Positions 36,503 through 49,419 of a DNA stretch of 64,000 bases are shown here, in pieces (the stretch's first letter is position 1; each line of letters begins with the position of its first letter). The position numbers and the translations under genes are program-made. The stretch is taken from NCBI GenBank assembly GCA_041946735.1, contig JBHGAY010000019.1, positions 32,001-96,000 of the forward strand. The letters are read 5' to 3'. The notes beneath the pieces are model-generated. The model had not been told where the DNA came from. It ran no database searches and saw nothing but the letters and a program-made list of their open reading frames with translations. This DNA is from Candidatus Eiseniibacteriota bacterium. Its GTDB lineage: Bacteria; Eisenbacteria; RBG-16-71-46; CAIMUX01; VGJL01.

Positions 36503-38542
36503 TCAGTCGAAGAACGCCCAGCGGACGCCGGCGCGGTAGTGGCGTCGCGGCATCGACATGAACGAGCCGTCCCAGCTCCAGGACGGAGTGTCGACGTTCG
36601 TCAGGTTCGCGAGGACGAAGAAGAGCTCGGCGTCGCCGATCCGACCTCGCGCCTGACCCTCGAGCCACTCCATGGCGGGAAGCGTGCCGTAGGGGGTCGC
36701 GACGCGCGAGCGCCCCTCCCCGGTCACGCGGAGATCGAGATCGAGGCTGCGGCGGAAGAGCGCGCCTCGCCATCCCAGCCAGCCGTTCCAGCGCGCCTCC
36801 GGGACGCCGGCGTGCGCGCGCACGCCTTCCTCCGCGATCGTTCCGCGCGCGCCCGCTCCCGCGAAGAAGCCGTACCGCAGGCGCGACTCGATCCCCGCCC
36901 ACGGAGAGAAGAAGTGGGCGGAAGCGTCGAGCTCGGCCGGCGAGAGTTCCCGCTGGCGATCGATGCCGAGGAGCGGCACGACGGAGGAGCCGGGCGCCAG
37001 CGAGTGATCGGTGCGCAGCGCTTCGACGCCGGCCGTGACGACCGCGCGAGCGGAGCGATCCGTTCCCGCTTCGATGCCGAGCGTCAGCGCCGACGCCGGC
37101 GCATCCCCAGGCTTCGAGCCGGCAAGGCCGATTCCCTGCAGAACCCAGGCGCGCCCGTCGGTCGCCAGACGCGGCAGCGACGGGGCGCCGACACCGCGGC
37201 TCGCGTAGAGGGCGAAGTAGGGAACGATGCGGCCGCGCAGCGACGCTTCGGCGCCGAAGATCGGGGAGGGATCGAATGGCGCGATCCGCGCGAAGCCGGC
37301 GGAGAGCTTCGCGTCCCAGCCGCCCGTCCCACCGCCCTCCCATCCCCCTGCCAGGCCGAAGGAGAGGTCGCGGTGGCGATGGTGCCCTCCCCCGTCGATC
37401 GCGTAGCGCGTGCGCGCGGCGTCGATCTCCGCGACCGCGACGCCGGTGCCGGCGGCAAGGGGCCGCTGGGCGAGCAGGCGGGCGAACAGCGACCGGCTCT
37501 CGCGCTCGTTCGGGCCGAGGCCGCTTGCCCATCCCGCCTCGACGTCCTGGAAGGTCGCGGCCGCTTCGATCGACGTCGCGATGGAGTCCGGCCTCTGGTA
37601 GCGCACGGTGACCGCGTTGCGGTCCCACGTCCCCTTGCGCGTCGCGGGAAGCGAGAACTGCTGCTCGTCGTCGTCGTAGCCCCACTCGAGGACGCCGCGC
37701 CCGGCGCGGTGCGCCATCCGCAGGCCGATCGTCTCGCCGAACTGGCGTCCCCAGAGCCGGCGTCCCGCGCTCTTCGTGTCGCCGTAGTAGAGCGAGAAGA
37801 GGAGCGGGCCGACCGGGCGGCGGAGCGCGATCTCCTCGGCGAAGGTGGCGTAGTTCGCGCGGGTGAGACGGACGACGCTCTCGGCCACGTCGGAAGGCGG
37901 GCGCGCGAGGCGCACGTCGATGCGTGGGCCGCCGGTCTGCGAGAGAGGTCCGTCGGCCGGCGAGAAGCGGCGGAGGCAGACGCTGTCGACGGCGACGAGC
38001 GGCACCGGAAGGAAGAGCGTCTCCGGCCAGCGGAGCGGATGCGCCGGCAGTCCATCGATCCGGATCTCGGAAACGTCGCGGCCCGGGGCGACGAGGAACA
38101 GCGGATCCGGAAGGTTCGGGCTGCCCGCGGCAAGCGAGGGGATCTCGAGCCGGACCTGCGCCGCCTCGCGTGGATCGCCGATCGCCGGGAAGTCCGGCGT
38201 GCCGCCCGGACGCATGCACCGGATTGCGGAGCCGCGCGCCGCGGGGAGGATCGGCGCCGGCAGGACGAGCGGCTGCTCGATCGTCGCGCGCGTGGTGTCG
38301 ACCGCGAGCGACTCGGGGAGCGCCGGCAGAGGGGACGGAGGAAGGCCTTGCGCGAGCGCGACGCGCCCGCCCCCGTCGAGGACGGTCGAGCCGGACAGCG
38401 GGAGTGCGGCGCCAAGCGCGAGGACGAGGAGGAGGACGCGACGGAGAGAGCGAGCGCGGGACGAAGCGAAGGCAACGGCCGCGACGGCCAGGGCGGTCGC
38501 GACGGCCGCGGCGGCGAACGTCGCGAGGACGGCGGCGATCAG
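36503..38542 (-). CDS. Putative outer-membrane beta-barrel (porin or TonB-receptor-like)
   Basis: Signal-like RRVLLLVLALGAALP segment; short plug-like region; amphipathic beta-strands ending YRAGVRWAFFD. Start uncertain (possibly CTG at 38542). Confidence 0.65.
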   Translation of the reverse strand: MIAAVLATFAAAAVATALAVAAVAFASSRARSLRRVLLLVLALGAALPLSGSTVLDGGGRVALAQGLPPSPLPALPESLAVDTTRATIEQPLVLPAPILPAARGSAIRCMRPGGTPDFPAIGDPREAAQVRLEIPSLAAGSPNLPDPLFLVAPGRDVSEIRIDGLPAHPLRWPETLFLPVPLVAVDSVCLRRFSPADGPLSQTGGPRIDVRLARPPSDVAESVVRLTRANYATFAEEIALRRPVGPLLFSLYYGDTKSAGRRLWGRQFGETIGLRMAHRAGRGVLEWGYDDDEQQFSLPATRKGTWDRNAVTVRYQRPDSIATSIEAAATFQDVEAGWASGLGPNERESRSLFARLLAQRPLAAGTGVAVAEIDAARTRYAIDGGGHHRHRDLSFGLAGGWEGGGTGGWDAKLSAGFARIAPFDPSPIFGAEASLRGRIVPYFALYASRGVGAPSLPRLATDGRAWVLQGIGLAGSKPGDAPASALTLGIEAGTDRSARAVVTAGVEALRTDHSLAPGSSVVPLLGIDRQRELSPAELDASAHFFSPWAGIESRLRYGFFAGAGARGTIAEEGVRAHAGVPEARWNGWLGWRGALFRRSLDLDLRVTGEGRSRVATPYGTLPAMEWLEGQARGRIGDAELFFVLANLTNVDTPSWSWDGSFMSMPRRHYRAGVRWAFFD

Positions 38543-40431
38543 CCTCCCAGGCGCTGCAGGCGCTCTTCGAGATCGGGGAACGCGGCGTGCTCGATCGAGA
38601 GCGCGCGGAAGAGCTGCCGCGCCTCCTCGATCTCCCCGCTCGCTTCGAGCAGGCAGGCGAGACGGTAGCGCACCCCTGCGGCGTTCGGCGATTCCGCCGG
38701 GTCCTGGCCGAGAATGCGGCGATACTCCGAGGACGCTTCTTCGGTGCGGCCGAGCCGTTCGAGGCAGATGCCGCGCATCTCGCGCGCCTGGGCCGCCCGT
38801 CCAGGCGGCAGCGATGGCACCGCGAGGACGAAGTCGAACTCCTCGATCGCCTCCTCGTAGAGGCCCATCTCCTGATGGCTCACGCCGAGGTCGTAATGAC
38901 CCTCCACGTCGTCCGGCCGGAACTGGCTGCGCACCCCGGCGCGGAACTCCTCGAGGAGGGTCGAGAGATCGACCCATTCCGGCCCGCCCGTCCCCTCCTG
39001 CTCGAGGACGGTGAGCGGTACGCGGCGCGGCGGCGGGGACGCCTCCCCCTCGACCGTATCCGGGATGCGCTCCCAGCCACGGACCCGCATCTCGCGGAAC
39101 CGCGCGAGACGCCGGCAGGCCGTCGCATTCTCCCGTTCGATGTCGAGGACTTGGAGGAAGCAGTCGAGCGAGCCCTCCAGATCCTCCTCGTTGATCCGGA
39201 GATCGCCGAGAAGGGTCAGGTAGCGTACCGCGGCCAGTCTATCCCCCTGCCCGCGTGCGGCGGCAATCAGTTTCTCGACGATCCAGCTCTGCTCGGGCTG
39301 CTCCTCGTGAAGGCGAAGCAGCAGGTCCGTGGCGAGCGAGAAGTCTCGCTCCTCGAGAAGCCTCTCGATCCTCTCCCGTTCGGTGCGCGTCTCCGCGTCG
39401 CCGGCGGATCGCGCGGCCGGATCGATGGCAGCCGGCTCGATTGCAGCCGGATCGAGGGCCGCATCGGCGACCGGACGCAGGTCGAAGACTCCCCCGCGAG
39501 GTTCGTGGCCGTTGCCGCCGCTGCCGCCGCTGCCCGGCGTCGCGGACTCCTCCGCGCCTTCGCATGCCGCCGCCGGTCGCGCCGTCCCCGCCTCCGCCCG
39601 CTCGTGATCCTCCGCCGGCGCTTCCGCATCCGCCTCCGCCGGCGAACCGGCAGCCGCCGTAGCGCCGGAGATCTCGAGGTCCGCCTCGACGGTGAGATCG
39701 AGCGAGAACGGCTCGCGCGGGGGTCCGAACGGGGCGGGAGGCTCCACGCAAGGCTCGAGCGCTCGCGGCATGTCCTCGACGATCGAGGCGGCCAGGTCCG
39801 CGACCGGATCCGGCCCCTCGGGAGGCGTCGCGCAAGACCCGGGATCGAGCCCGTCGGCCCTCTCCCGCAGCGGCAGGGCGATGTCGAGGGCGCCGGCCGC
39901 CGCGGCCTGGTCCGCCACGCTGCGGAGCAGCATGGCGGCGCGATCGGCACGCCCGGCCCGCGCGCAGAGGTCCGCGAGGCGCAACGCCACTTCCGCCTTG
40001 GGACCTGCGATCTCCGCGACCCGCTCGAGGACTTCGAGGAACTCCTCGCCGGTCGCCTCTCCGCCGGCCCGGTCCAGGAAGATCAGGAAGTGGGCGATCG
40101 CGTCGCCCATCAGCCCCTCGCTGGCGTACAGCTCCCCGAGGCGGCGATGCGTGCGCGGCCGGGCGGGATCCGTGCGGAGGATCTTCTTCGCGATCGCGAT
40201 CGCGTTGCGGAAGAGACCGACGCGCTCATAGGCGAGCACCGCCTCCTCGTAGGAGGCGATCGCATCTTCGACGCGGTTCCCGCGCGCGAGGAGATCGCCA
40301 TGAAAGACGAAGTCGTACGGATCGGTTTCCCCGCCCTGGAGGACCCGCTCCATCTCCCCGATCGCCCGGTTCAGCTCGCCATCGCGGGCCAGCTGCTGCG
40401 CCTTCCTTCTCGCAGCGATGCTTCGATCCAA
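38539..40431 (-). CDS. TPR-repeat protein with an acidic Pro/Ala linker (SgmX-like architecture)
   Basis: N-terminal TPRs; C-terminal GHYDLGVSHQEMGLYEEAIEEF TPR block; first gene of the pil cluster. Confidence 0.8.
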   Translation of the reverse strand: MDRSIAARRKAQQLARDGELNRAIGEMERVLQGGETDPYDFVFHGDLLARGNRVEDAIASYEEAVLAYERVGLFRNAIAIAKKILRTDPARPRTHRRLGELYASEGLMGDAIAHFLIFLDRAGGEATGEEFLEVLERVAEIAGPKAEVALRLADLCARAGRADRAAMLLRSVADQAAAAGALDIALPLRERADGLDPGSCATPPEGPDPVADLAASIVEDMPRALEPCVEPPAPFGPPREPFSLDLTVEADLEISGATAAAGSPAEADAEAPAEDHERAEAGTARPAAACEGAEESATPGSGGSGGNGHEPRGGVFDLRPVADAALDPAAIEPAAIDPAARSAGDAETRTERERIERLLEERDFSLATDLLLRLHEEQPEQSWIVEKLIAAARGQGDRLAAVRYLTLLGDLRINEEDLEGSLDCFLQVLDIERENATACRRLARFREMRVRGWERIPDTVEGEASPPPRRVPLTVLEQEGTGGPEWVDLSTLLEEFRAGVRSQFRPDDVEGHYDLGVSHQEMGLYEEAIEEFDFVLAVPSLPPGRAAQAREMRGICLERLGRTEEASSEYRRILGQDPAESPNAAGVRYRLACLLEASGEIEEARQLFRALSIEHAAFPDLEERLQRLGG

Positions 40432-40611
40432 GCGGTTCTCCTGGTCCGCCGTCGCGCGGCGCTCCTGTGGGAATCGGCGCTACCCCGTCTTGCTATCGGA
40501 CGATGCGGGGCCCCTCTCCAACATTTCCCGCGGGACCGCAAGCGGCGGGGAGCGAGGAACCTCGCGCTCGTGGGGAAGAGTCCCCGGTCGCCCGAGGCGG
40601 TTCGGCGCTCT

Positions 40612-41874
40612 TCAGGCGGCGGCCATGTCCTTTCCCGCCTTCACGACACGCTCGGGCCGCAGTCCCCCCAGCCGATAGACGATCGCCGCCGGGGTGGAAG
40701 CGCGAAGCACCTGCAGGTCGGCCCGCATTCCAGGAGCGATCCGGCCGATCTCGCTCTCGAGGCCGAGCGAGGCGGCCGCGTTCACCGTCACCGCGGTGAT
40801 CGCCGCCCCCACCGTCATCTTCATCTCGAGGACGGCCAGCGTGATCACGAGCGGCAGGCTCGTCGTCATCGAGGAGCCGGGGTTGCAGTCGGTCGCGAGC
40901 GCGATCGGAATCCCGAGCTCGCGCATCCTTGCGGCGGGGGCGTAGCGCCGCTTGCCCATCGAGAAGGAGGTGGCGGGCAGGAGGATCGCGATCACGCCGC
41001 CGTCGCGCATCGCCGCGAGCCCTTCCTCGTCGATCTCCATGAGATGGTCGGCCGAGAACGCCCGGAGCGATCCGGCCAGCGCGGCGGCCCCGCTCGGCGC
41101 GAACTCGTCGGCGTGCAGCCGCGGCTCGAGCCCGGCAGCCCGCCCCGCCTCGAGGATCTCGCGCGCCTCCTCGGGCGTGTAGACACCCTTCTCGCAAAAG
41201 ACGTCGCAGAAGCGCGCGCGCGTCGAGCGCGCGACCTCCGGGATCATCTCTTCGACGATCCGGCGGATGTAGGCGCGGCGGTCGGAGCGGAACTCGGGAG
41301 GAATGTCATGCGCGCCGAGGAAGGTGCCGACGAGATCGACCGGATGCTCGTCGTCGAGGCGATCGATCAGGCGGCACGCCCGGATCTCCTGCTCGACGGA
41401 AAGGCCGTAGCCGCTCTTCGCCTCGATCGTCGTCGTCCCCATCGCGAGCATCGCGTCGAGGCGCGCCCGCGACTGGGCGAGCAGATCCGCGTCGCTCGCC
41501 TCCCGAAACGCGCGCACCGACGAGGCGATGCCGCCCCCCGCGGCGGCGATCTCCATGTAGCTCTTCCCCGCCAGGCGCATCTCGAACTCGCGCTCGCGCG
41601 AACCGGCGAAGAGCACGTGCGTGTGGGGATCGACGAAGCCGGGCAGGACGGTCCGGCCGGGAAGCTCGAACGTGCGCTCCGATGGCGCGGCGAAGCGGCT
41701 CTCGATCTCGGCGGTCGTGCCCGCCGCGACGATCCGCCCGTCGCGCACGGCGAGCGCGCCGTCCTCGATGGTGCCGAGGTCGTCCGCCTCGCTTCCCCGC
41801 CGCGGGATTGCCCCGCCGTCGAGCGTCGCGAGGCATCCGATCCGCTTCCAGAGGAAGTCGACCGCTTCGCGCAT
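40612..41874 (-). CDS. hutI: Imidazolonepropionase
   Basis: PGFVDPHTH, EAKSGYGL, LGAH, DVFCEKG, LHADE, ATDCNPGSS. Confidence 0.96.
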   Translation of the reverse strand: MREAVDFLWKRIGCLATLDGGAIPRRGSEADDLGTIEDGALAVRDGRIVAAGTTAEIESRFAAPSERTFELPGRTVLPGFVDPHTHVLFAGSREREFEMRLAGKSYMEIAAAGGGIASSVRAFREASDADLLAQSRARLDAMLAMGTTTIEAKSGYGLSVEQEIRACRLIDRLDDEHPVDLVGTFLGAHDIPPEFRSDRRAYIRRIVEEMIPEVARSTRARFCDVFCEKGVYTPEEAREILEAGRAAGLEPRLHADEFAPSGAAALAGSLRAFSADHLMEIDEEGLAAMRDGGVIAILLPATSFSMGKRRYAPAARMRELGIPIALATDCNPGSSMTTSLPLVITLAVLEMKMTVGAAITAVTVNAAASLGLESEIGRIAPGMRADLQVLRASTPAAIVYRLGGLRPERVVKAGKDMAAA

Positions 41875-41891
41875 CACTGCGCCGCCCGCGC

Positions 41892-43589
41892 CTAACGGTC
41901 CCCGGGCGCGCCGCCCGGTCCCGGCGTATCGAGCATCGGAATGCGGACGCCGCTCGCGCGCGCGAACTCGATCGCCTCCTCGTAGCCGGCGTCGGCGTGG
42001 CGCGCGACCCCCATCCCCGGATCGCTCGTCAGCACCCGCGAGAGGCGCTCCGCCGCCTCGCGCGTGCCGTCGGCGACGACGACCATCCCGGCGTGGATCG
42101 AGTTGCCGATCCCGACCCCGCCGCCGTGGTGGATCGACACCCAGGAGGCGCCGCACGCCGTGTTGACGAGGGCGTTCAGGAGCGGCCAGTCGGCCACGGC
42201 GTCGGAGCCGTCCTTCATCGACTCGGTCTCGCGATAGGGCGATGCGACCGATCCGGAGTCGAGATGATCGCGGCCGATCACGATCGGCGCCGACACCTCT
42301 CCCCGCGCGACCAGATCGTTGAAGGCGAGGCCCGCCTTCTCGCGCTCGCCGTATCCGAGCCAGCAGATGCGCGAGGGCAGTCCCTGAAACGCCACGCGCT
42401 CCTCCGCCATCCGGATCCATCGCGACAGGCTCTCGTTCTCGGGGAACGCCTCGAGGATGGCGCGATCGGTGCGCAGGATGTCGGCGGGGTCGCCGGAGAG
42501 CGCCGCCCAGCGGAACGGACCCTTTCCCCGACAGAAGAGGGGGCGGATGTAGGCGGGAACGAAGCCGGGATAGGCGAACGCGCGCGCGAAGCCGGCCTTC
42601 TGCGCCTGCCCGCGCAGGTTGTTGCCGTAATCGAAGACGATCGATCCCGCGTCGAGGAAGCCGACCATCGCCTCGGTGTGCCGCGCCATCGACGACATCG
42701 AGGCGTCGATGTACGCCTTCGGATCGCGGCGGCGCAGGTCGAGGGCGGCCGCGAGGGTCATCCCGCCCGGGACGTAACCGTTCAGCTCGTCGTGCGCGGA
42801 GGTCTGGTCGGTCACGACGTCCGGCTTCTCGCCCCGCCGCAGCAGCTCGGGCAGGACTTCCGAAGCGTTGCCCGTGAGGCCGATCGAGACCGCCTGGCGC
42901 GCCGCGACCGCCTGGCGCGTCCAGCGGAGCGCCTCGTCGATCGAGCCGGTCGCGCGATCGAGATAGCGGGTCTCGATGCGTCGCTGGATGCGCGCCGGAT
43001 CGACCTCGACGCAGAGCGCGACGCCGCCGTTCATCGTGATCGCGAGCGGCTGGGCGCCGCCCATCCCGCCGAGGCCGGCTGTCAGGGTCCAGGTCCCCGC
43101 GAGCGAGCCGCCGAAGTGGCGGCGTCCGATCTCGGCGAACGTCTCGTAGGTCCCCTGCAGGATCCCCTGCGTCCCGATGTAGATCCACGAGCCGGCCGTC
43201 ATCTGGCCGTACATCATGAGCCCCTTCGCCTCGAGATCGCGGAAGACGGTCCAGTTCCCCCAGGCGGGGACCAGGTTCGAGTTCGCGATCATCACGCGCG
43301 GCGACATCGGGGTCGTGCGGAAGATGGCGACCGGCTTGCCCGACTGCACGAGGAGCGTCTCGTCGTTCTCCAGCGAGCGGAGCGAGGAGACGATCGCCTC
43401 GTAGCAGTCCCAGTTGCGGGCCGCCCTCCCCGAGCCGCCGTAGACGATCAGCTCGTCGGGCCGCTCGGCGACCTCCGGGTCGAGGTTGTTCATCAGCATC
43501 CGCATCGCCGCCTCCTGCACCCATCCCTTGCAGGAGATCTCCCGCCCGCGCGGCGCGCGCACGGGGCGCGGCCCGGCCGTCGTCTTCAT
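41892..43589 (-). CDS. hutU: Urocanate hydratase
   Basis: [42 protein letters not shown]. Confidence 0.98.
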   Translation of the reverse strand: MKTTAGPRPVRAPRGREISCKGWVQEAAMRMLMNNLDPEVAERPDELIVYGGSGRAARNWDCYEAIVSSLRSLENDETLLVQSGKPVAIFRTTPMSPRVMIANSNLVPAWGNWTVFRDLEAKGLMMYGQMTAGSWIYIGTQGILQGTYETFAEIGRRHFGGSLAGTWTLTAGLGGMGGAQPLAITMNGGVALCVEVDPARIQRRIETRYLDRATGSIDEALRWTRQAVAARQAVSIGLTGNASEVLPELLRRGEKPDVVTDQTSAHDELNGYVPGGMTLAAALDLRRRDPKAYIDASMSSMARHTEAMVGFLDAGSIVFDYGNNLRGQAQKAGFARAFAYPGFVPAYIRPLFCRGKGPFRWAALSGDPADILRTDRAILEAFPENESLSRWIRMAEERVAFQGLPSRICWLGYGEREKAGLAFNDLVARGEVSAPIVIGRDHLDSGSVASPYRETESMKDGSDAVADWPLLNALVNTACGASWVSIHHGGGVGIGNSIHAGMVVVADGTREAAERLSRVLTSDPGMGVARHADAGYEEAIEFARASGVRIPMLDTPGPGGAPGDR

Positions 43590-43613
43590 CGCTGCCTCCC
43601 CTTCTCGCCTACC

Positions 43614-43738
43614 CTCGGTCGATCGGTCCCTCGGTCCAGAGTCCGTCGTCGATCGGTCCATCGGTCCATCGGTCTATCGATCTATCGGTTCCTCGGTCCA
43701 ACGGAACATCGGAACGTCCGTCCATCGGAACGTCCGTC
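43614..43738. repeat. Degenerate 8-bp tandem repeats (ATCGGTCC-like, about 14 copies)
   Basis: atcggtcc / atcggtct / atcgatct / ctcggtcc / atcggaac units fill the dinG-hutU intergenic region. Confidence 0.85.
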
Positions 43739-45821
43739 AATGACGGAACCACGCCTCGGCCGCCTGGACGAGCGCGTCCCAGGACGCGGGCGCCTCGACC
43801 GGGATGCCGATCGCTTCCCGGAAGCGGCTTCCGTAGCGCCGCGTGAGGATCCGCGCGTCGAGGACGGCGAAGACGCCGCGGTCCTCTCGGCTGCGGATCA
43901 GCCTTCCGAACCCCTGGCGGAAACGAACGATCGCCTCCGGCAGCATGTAGTCGTCGAACGCATCGCGCCCGTCCTCGCGCAGCCGCTCCGCGTACGCCTC
44001 GACGAACGGATCGGTCGGCACGGGGAACGGTAACCGCGCCATCACGAGGATCTCGAGATCCTCGCCGGGGAAATCGACCCCTTCCCAGAAGCTCGCGGCG
44101 CCGAGGAGCACCGCCCGCTCGCTCTCCACGAAGCCGGAGATCAGCGCCTGGCGCCCGCCCGCGTCGCGCCCCTGCGCGTAGACGCGGACGCCGCGATCCT
44201 GAAGCGGCGTCCGGATCCTCTCCTCCACGCGCCGCAGCGTCTCGTGCGCCGTGAACAGGACGAGCAGCTTGCGTGGCAGGGCGGTCGCGAGCTTGACGAT
44301 CCCTTCGGCGAGGTCCGCCTCGTGTCCCGGCGCGGTCGGCTCGGGCATGCGGGCCGGAACGAGCGCCTTCACCTGGCTCGCGAGATCGAATACCGGCGGC
44401 AGGATCAGCGAAGGGGTATCCGCCGGCAGGCCGCACTGGCGCGCGAAGAACTCCGTGCCGCGATCGGCGGCGAGCGTCGCCGAGGTGAGCACGACCGCCC
44501 GTCCCGAGACGAGGCGCTCGCCGAGCGGCCCCGACATCTGCAGCGGGCGCGAATGGAGCGACAGGTCCTCCCCGTCGCGCTCGAACCAGTAGACGGTCTC
44601 CGCGGCGTCCGCCTCGACGAGGAAGGTGAGCGCATCGAGCGCTTCGCGCGCGGCGTCGAGCTGCGTCCGGATCTCGGGAACGATCGCCTCGGCCACCTGC
44701 TCGCCCGCCGGCATCGGAGCGATGGCGGGAAGGACATCCCGCAGGATCTGTTCGTGACGATCGAGAAGCCCCGAGGCCGCTTCGAGGAGCGGATACGTCG
44801 ACTCGGGGAACGGTCCCCCCGAACCCGCTCCCTGCCGGTAGCGCTCCCGCCCCGTCGCCGGCGGCACCTCGGCCGTCGCCCGCAGATCGGCGAAGAAGGC
44901 GCGGGATCGCTCGAGCAGCCTGCCCAGCTCCGACTCGACCTCGCGCACGCGCCGGAGCCGCCGCTGCCGCTCCTCCTTGTCCGGGATGGCGCGCGCGAGG
45001 CGCCGGTACAGGTCGCTCGCGCCCGGCTCCCCCTGCCCGCCAAGCCCGAGCATCGCGGCGTTCCACGCCCGACCGCTCATGCGGCGCGCGAGCGCGTCGC
45101 CGGCGATCCGCGGAAGGTGATGCGCCTCGTCGAGGATCGCCCCGTCCCAATCGGGCAGCCCGACGCTGCCATGGAGCAGATCGAGGACGAGCAGGCTGTG
45201 GTTCACGAGGACGATGTGGGCCTCGCGCGCCCTCTTGCGGGATAGCTTGAAGAAGCAGCCGGAATCTGCGTCGCAGCCGGTAGTTGCGCAGCTACGAGCG
45301 TCGGAGGAGATGCGCGAGAGCAGCGGGCGCAGGCGCGGCGGGACGATCGGTCCCTCGTCGAAGTCCCCGCTCTCGGTGACCGGGATCCACCCCTCCATCA
45401 GCCGTACGAACGCCTCGCCGTCGGTCGTCCCGAGCAGATCCTCGCGGGCGACCTGCCAGCGCCGCCGGCAGAGATAGTTCGCCCGCCCCTTGAGGACGGC
45501 GGCCTCGATGCGCCGGTCGGTCAGCCGCCGGAGCAGCGGCAGGTCCCGGCGGAGGATCTGGTCCTGCAGGTGCCGCGTGTGCGTCGAGACGAGCAGGCGC
45601 TTCTGGGATCCGCGTGCCCAGAGCGCTCCCGGCACCATGTAGGCGATCGACTTGCCGACGCCGGTCGGCGCCTCGACGATCTGGATCGAGCCGTCCTGCA
45701 ACGCGGAGGCGACCGCGTCGGCCATCTGGGCCTGCTGCGACCGCCACTCGTAGGACGGCAGCGCCCGAGAGAGGCTCCCGTGCGGGGCGAAGATCCCCGC
45801 GACCTGGCTGCGGAGGCTCAG
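43737..45821 (-). CDS. dinG: DinG/YoaA-family ATP-dependent helicase with Fe-S cluster
   Basis: Q motif (RSQQ), EAPTGVGKS, KGRANYLC plus three further Cys, DEAH, TSATL, FWEGVD, QGFGRLIR. Probable CTG start. Confidence 0.93.
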   Translation of the reverse strand: MSLRSQVAGIFAPHGSLSRALPSYEWRSQQAQMADAVASALQDGSIQIVEAPTGVGKSIAYMVPGALWARGSQKRLLVSTHTRHLQDQILRRDLPLLRRLTDRRIEAAVLKGRANYLCRRRWQVAREDLLGTTDGEAFVRLMEGWIPVTESGDFDEGPIVPPRLRPLLSRISSDARSCATTGCDADSGCFFKLSRKRAREAHIVLVNHSLLVLDLLHGSVGLPDWDGAILDEAHHLPRIAGDALARRMSGRAWNAAMLGLGGQGEPGASDLYRRLARAIPDKEERQRRLRRVREVESELGRLLERSRAFFADLRATAEVPPATGRERYRQGAGSGGPFPESTYPLLEAASGLLDRHEQILRDVLPAIAPMPAGEQVAEAIVPEIRTQLDAAREALDALTFLVEADAAETVYWFERDGEDLSLHSRPLQMSGPLGERLVSGRAVVLTSATLAADRGTEFFARQCGLPADTPSLILPPVFDLASQVKALVPARMPEPTAPGHEADLAEGIVKLATALPRKLLVLFTAHETLRRVEERIRTPLQDRGVRVYAQGRDAGGRQALISGFVESERAVLLGAASFWEGVDFPGEDLEILVMARLPFPVPTDPFVEAYAERLREDGRDAFDDYMLPEAIVRFRQGFGRLIRSREDRGVFAVLDARILTRRYGSRFREAIGIPVEAPASWDALVQAAEAWFRH

Positions 45822-46254
45822 AGTGCGCCTCCCTCCGGTCGGGGCGGCACCGCGCCGCCGGTCGCCATGGCGCTCGCCGCCGCCCTCGGCATCGCTGTTC
45901 CCGGCGCTCCCGCCGCTCCCGAATCTCCGCCGCCGGTGCGCAGCAGCGCGATCTCCTGCGCGAGCGTGCGCATCGCGGCGGAGAGGCGCGACAGGCGCAC
46001 GGTCAGGTGCAGGACGATGAAGAGCAGCACGATGATGCAGACGAAGAAGAAGAATGCGGGGGGATAGTCGATCCCGACCAGGCGCGACAGCGCGTCCGCC
46101 TTCTCGGTCCAGAAGGCGGCCACGACGGCGAACCCGGTCAGGAGCAGCCAGAGGATCGAGTACTCGAGCCCGAGCGCGCGCCGCCGCGACATGCGCAGCA
46201 CGACGAGAAAGAGGATCGCCGAAAGTCCGGCGACGAAGATCCTTCCGGTCAGCG

Positions 46255-46258
<4 letters not shown>
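45818..46258 (-). CDS. DUF2304-family membrane protein
   Basis: YSILWL...LVGIDYPP...LAQEIALL; GTGA overlap with the GT2 gene. Confidence 0.85.
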
Positions 46259-49304
<3,046 letters not shown>

Positions 49305-49419
49305 CGAAGGGGGTCTCTGCGCGGAGAGGGCCCGGGTCGCGCCGAGGCGCGCCCCCGAACCCTCTCTCCGTCTCTCGTCCGGCCCGGGATCGATCTCCCG
49401 GGATCGATCTTGGCCGGGC

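Noticed and set aside
40612..43589. Incomplete hut pathway as a novelty
   Set aside because: hutH and hutG are often encoded elsewhere; this cannot be judged from one window.
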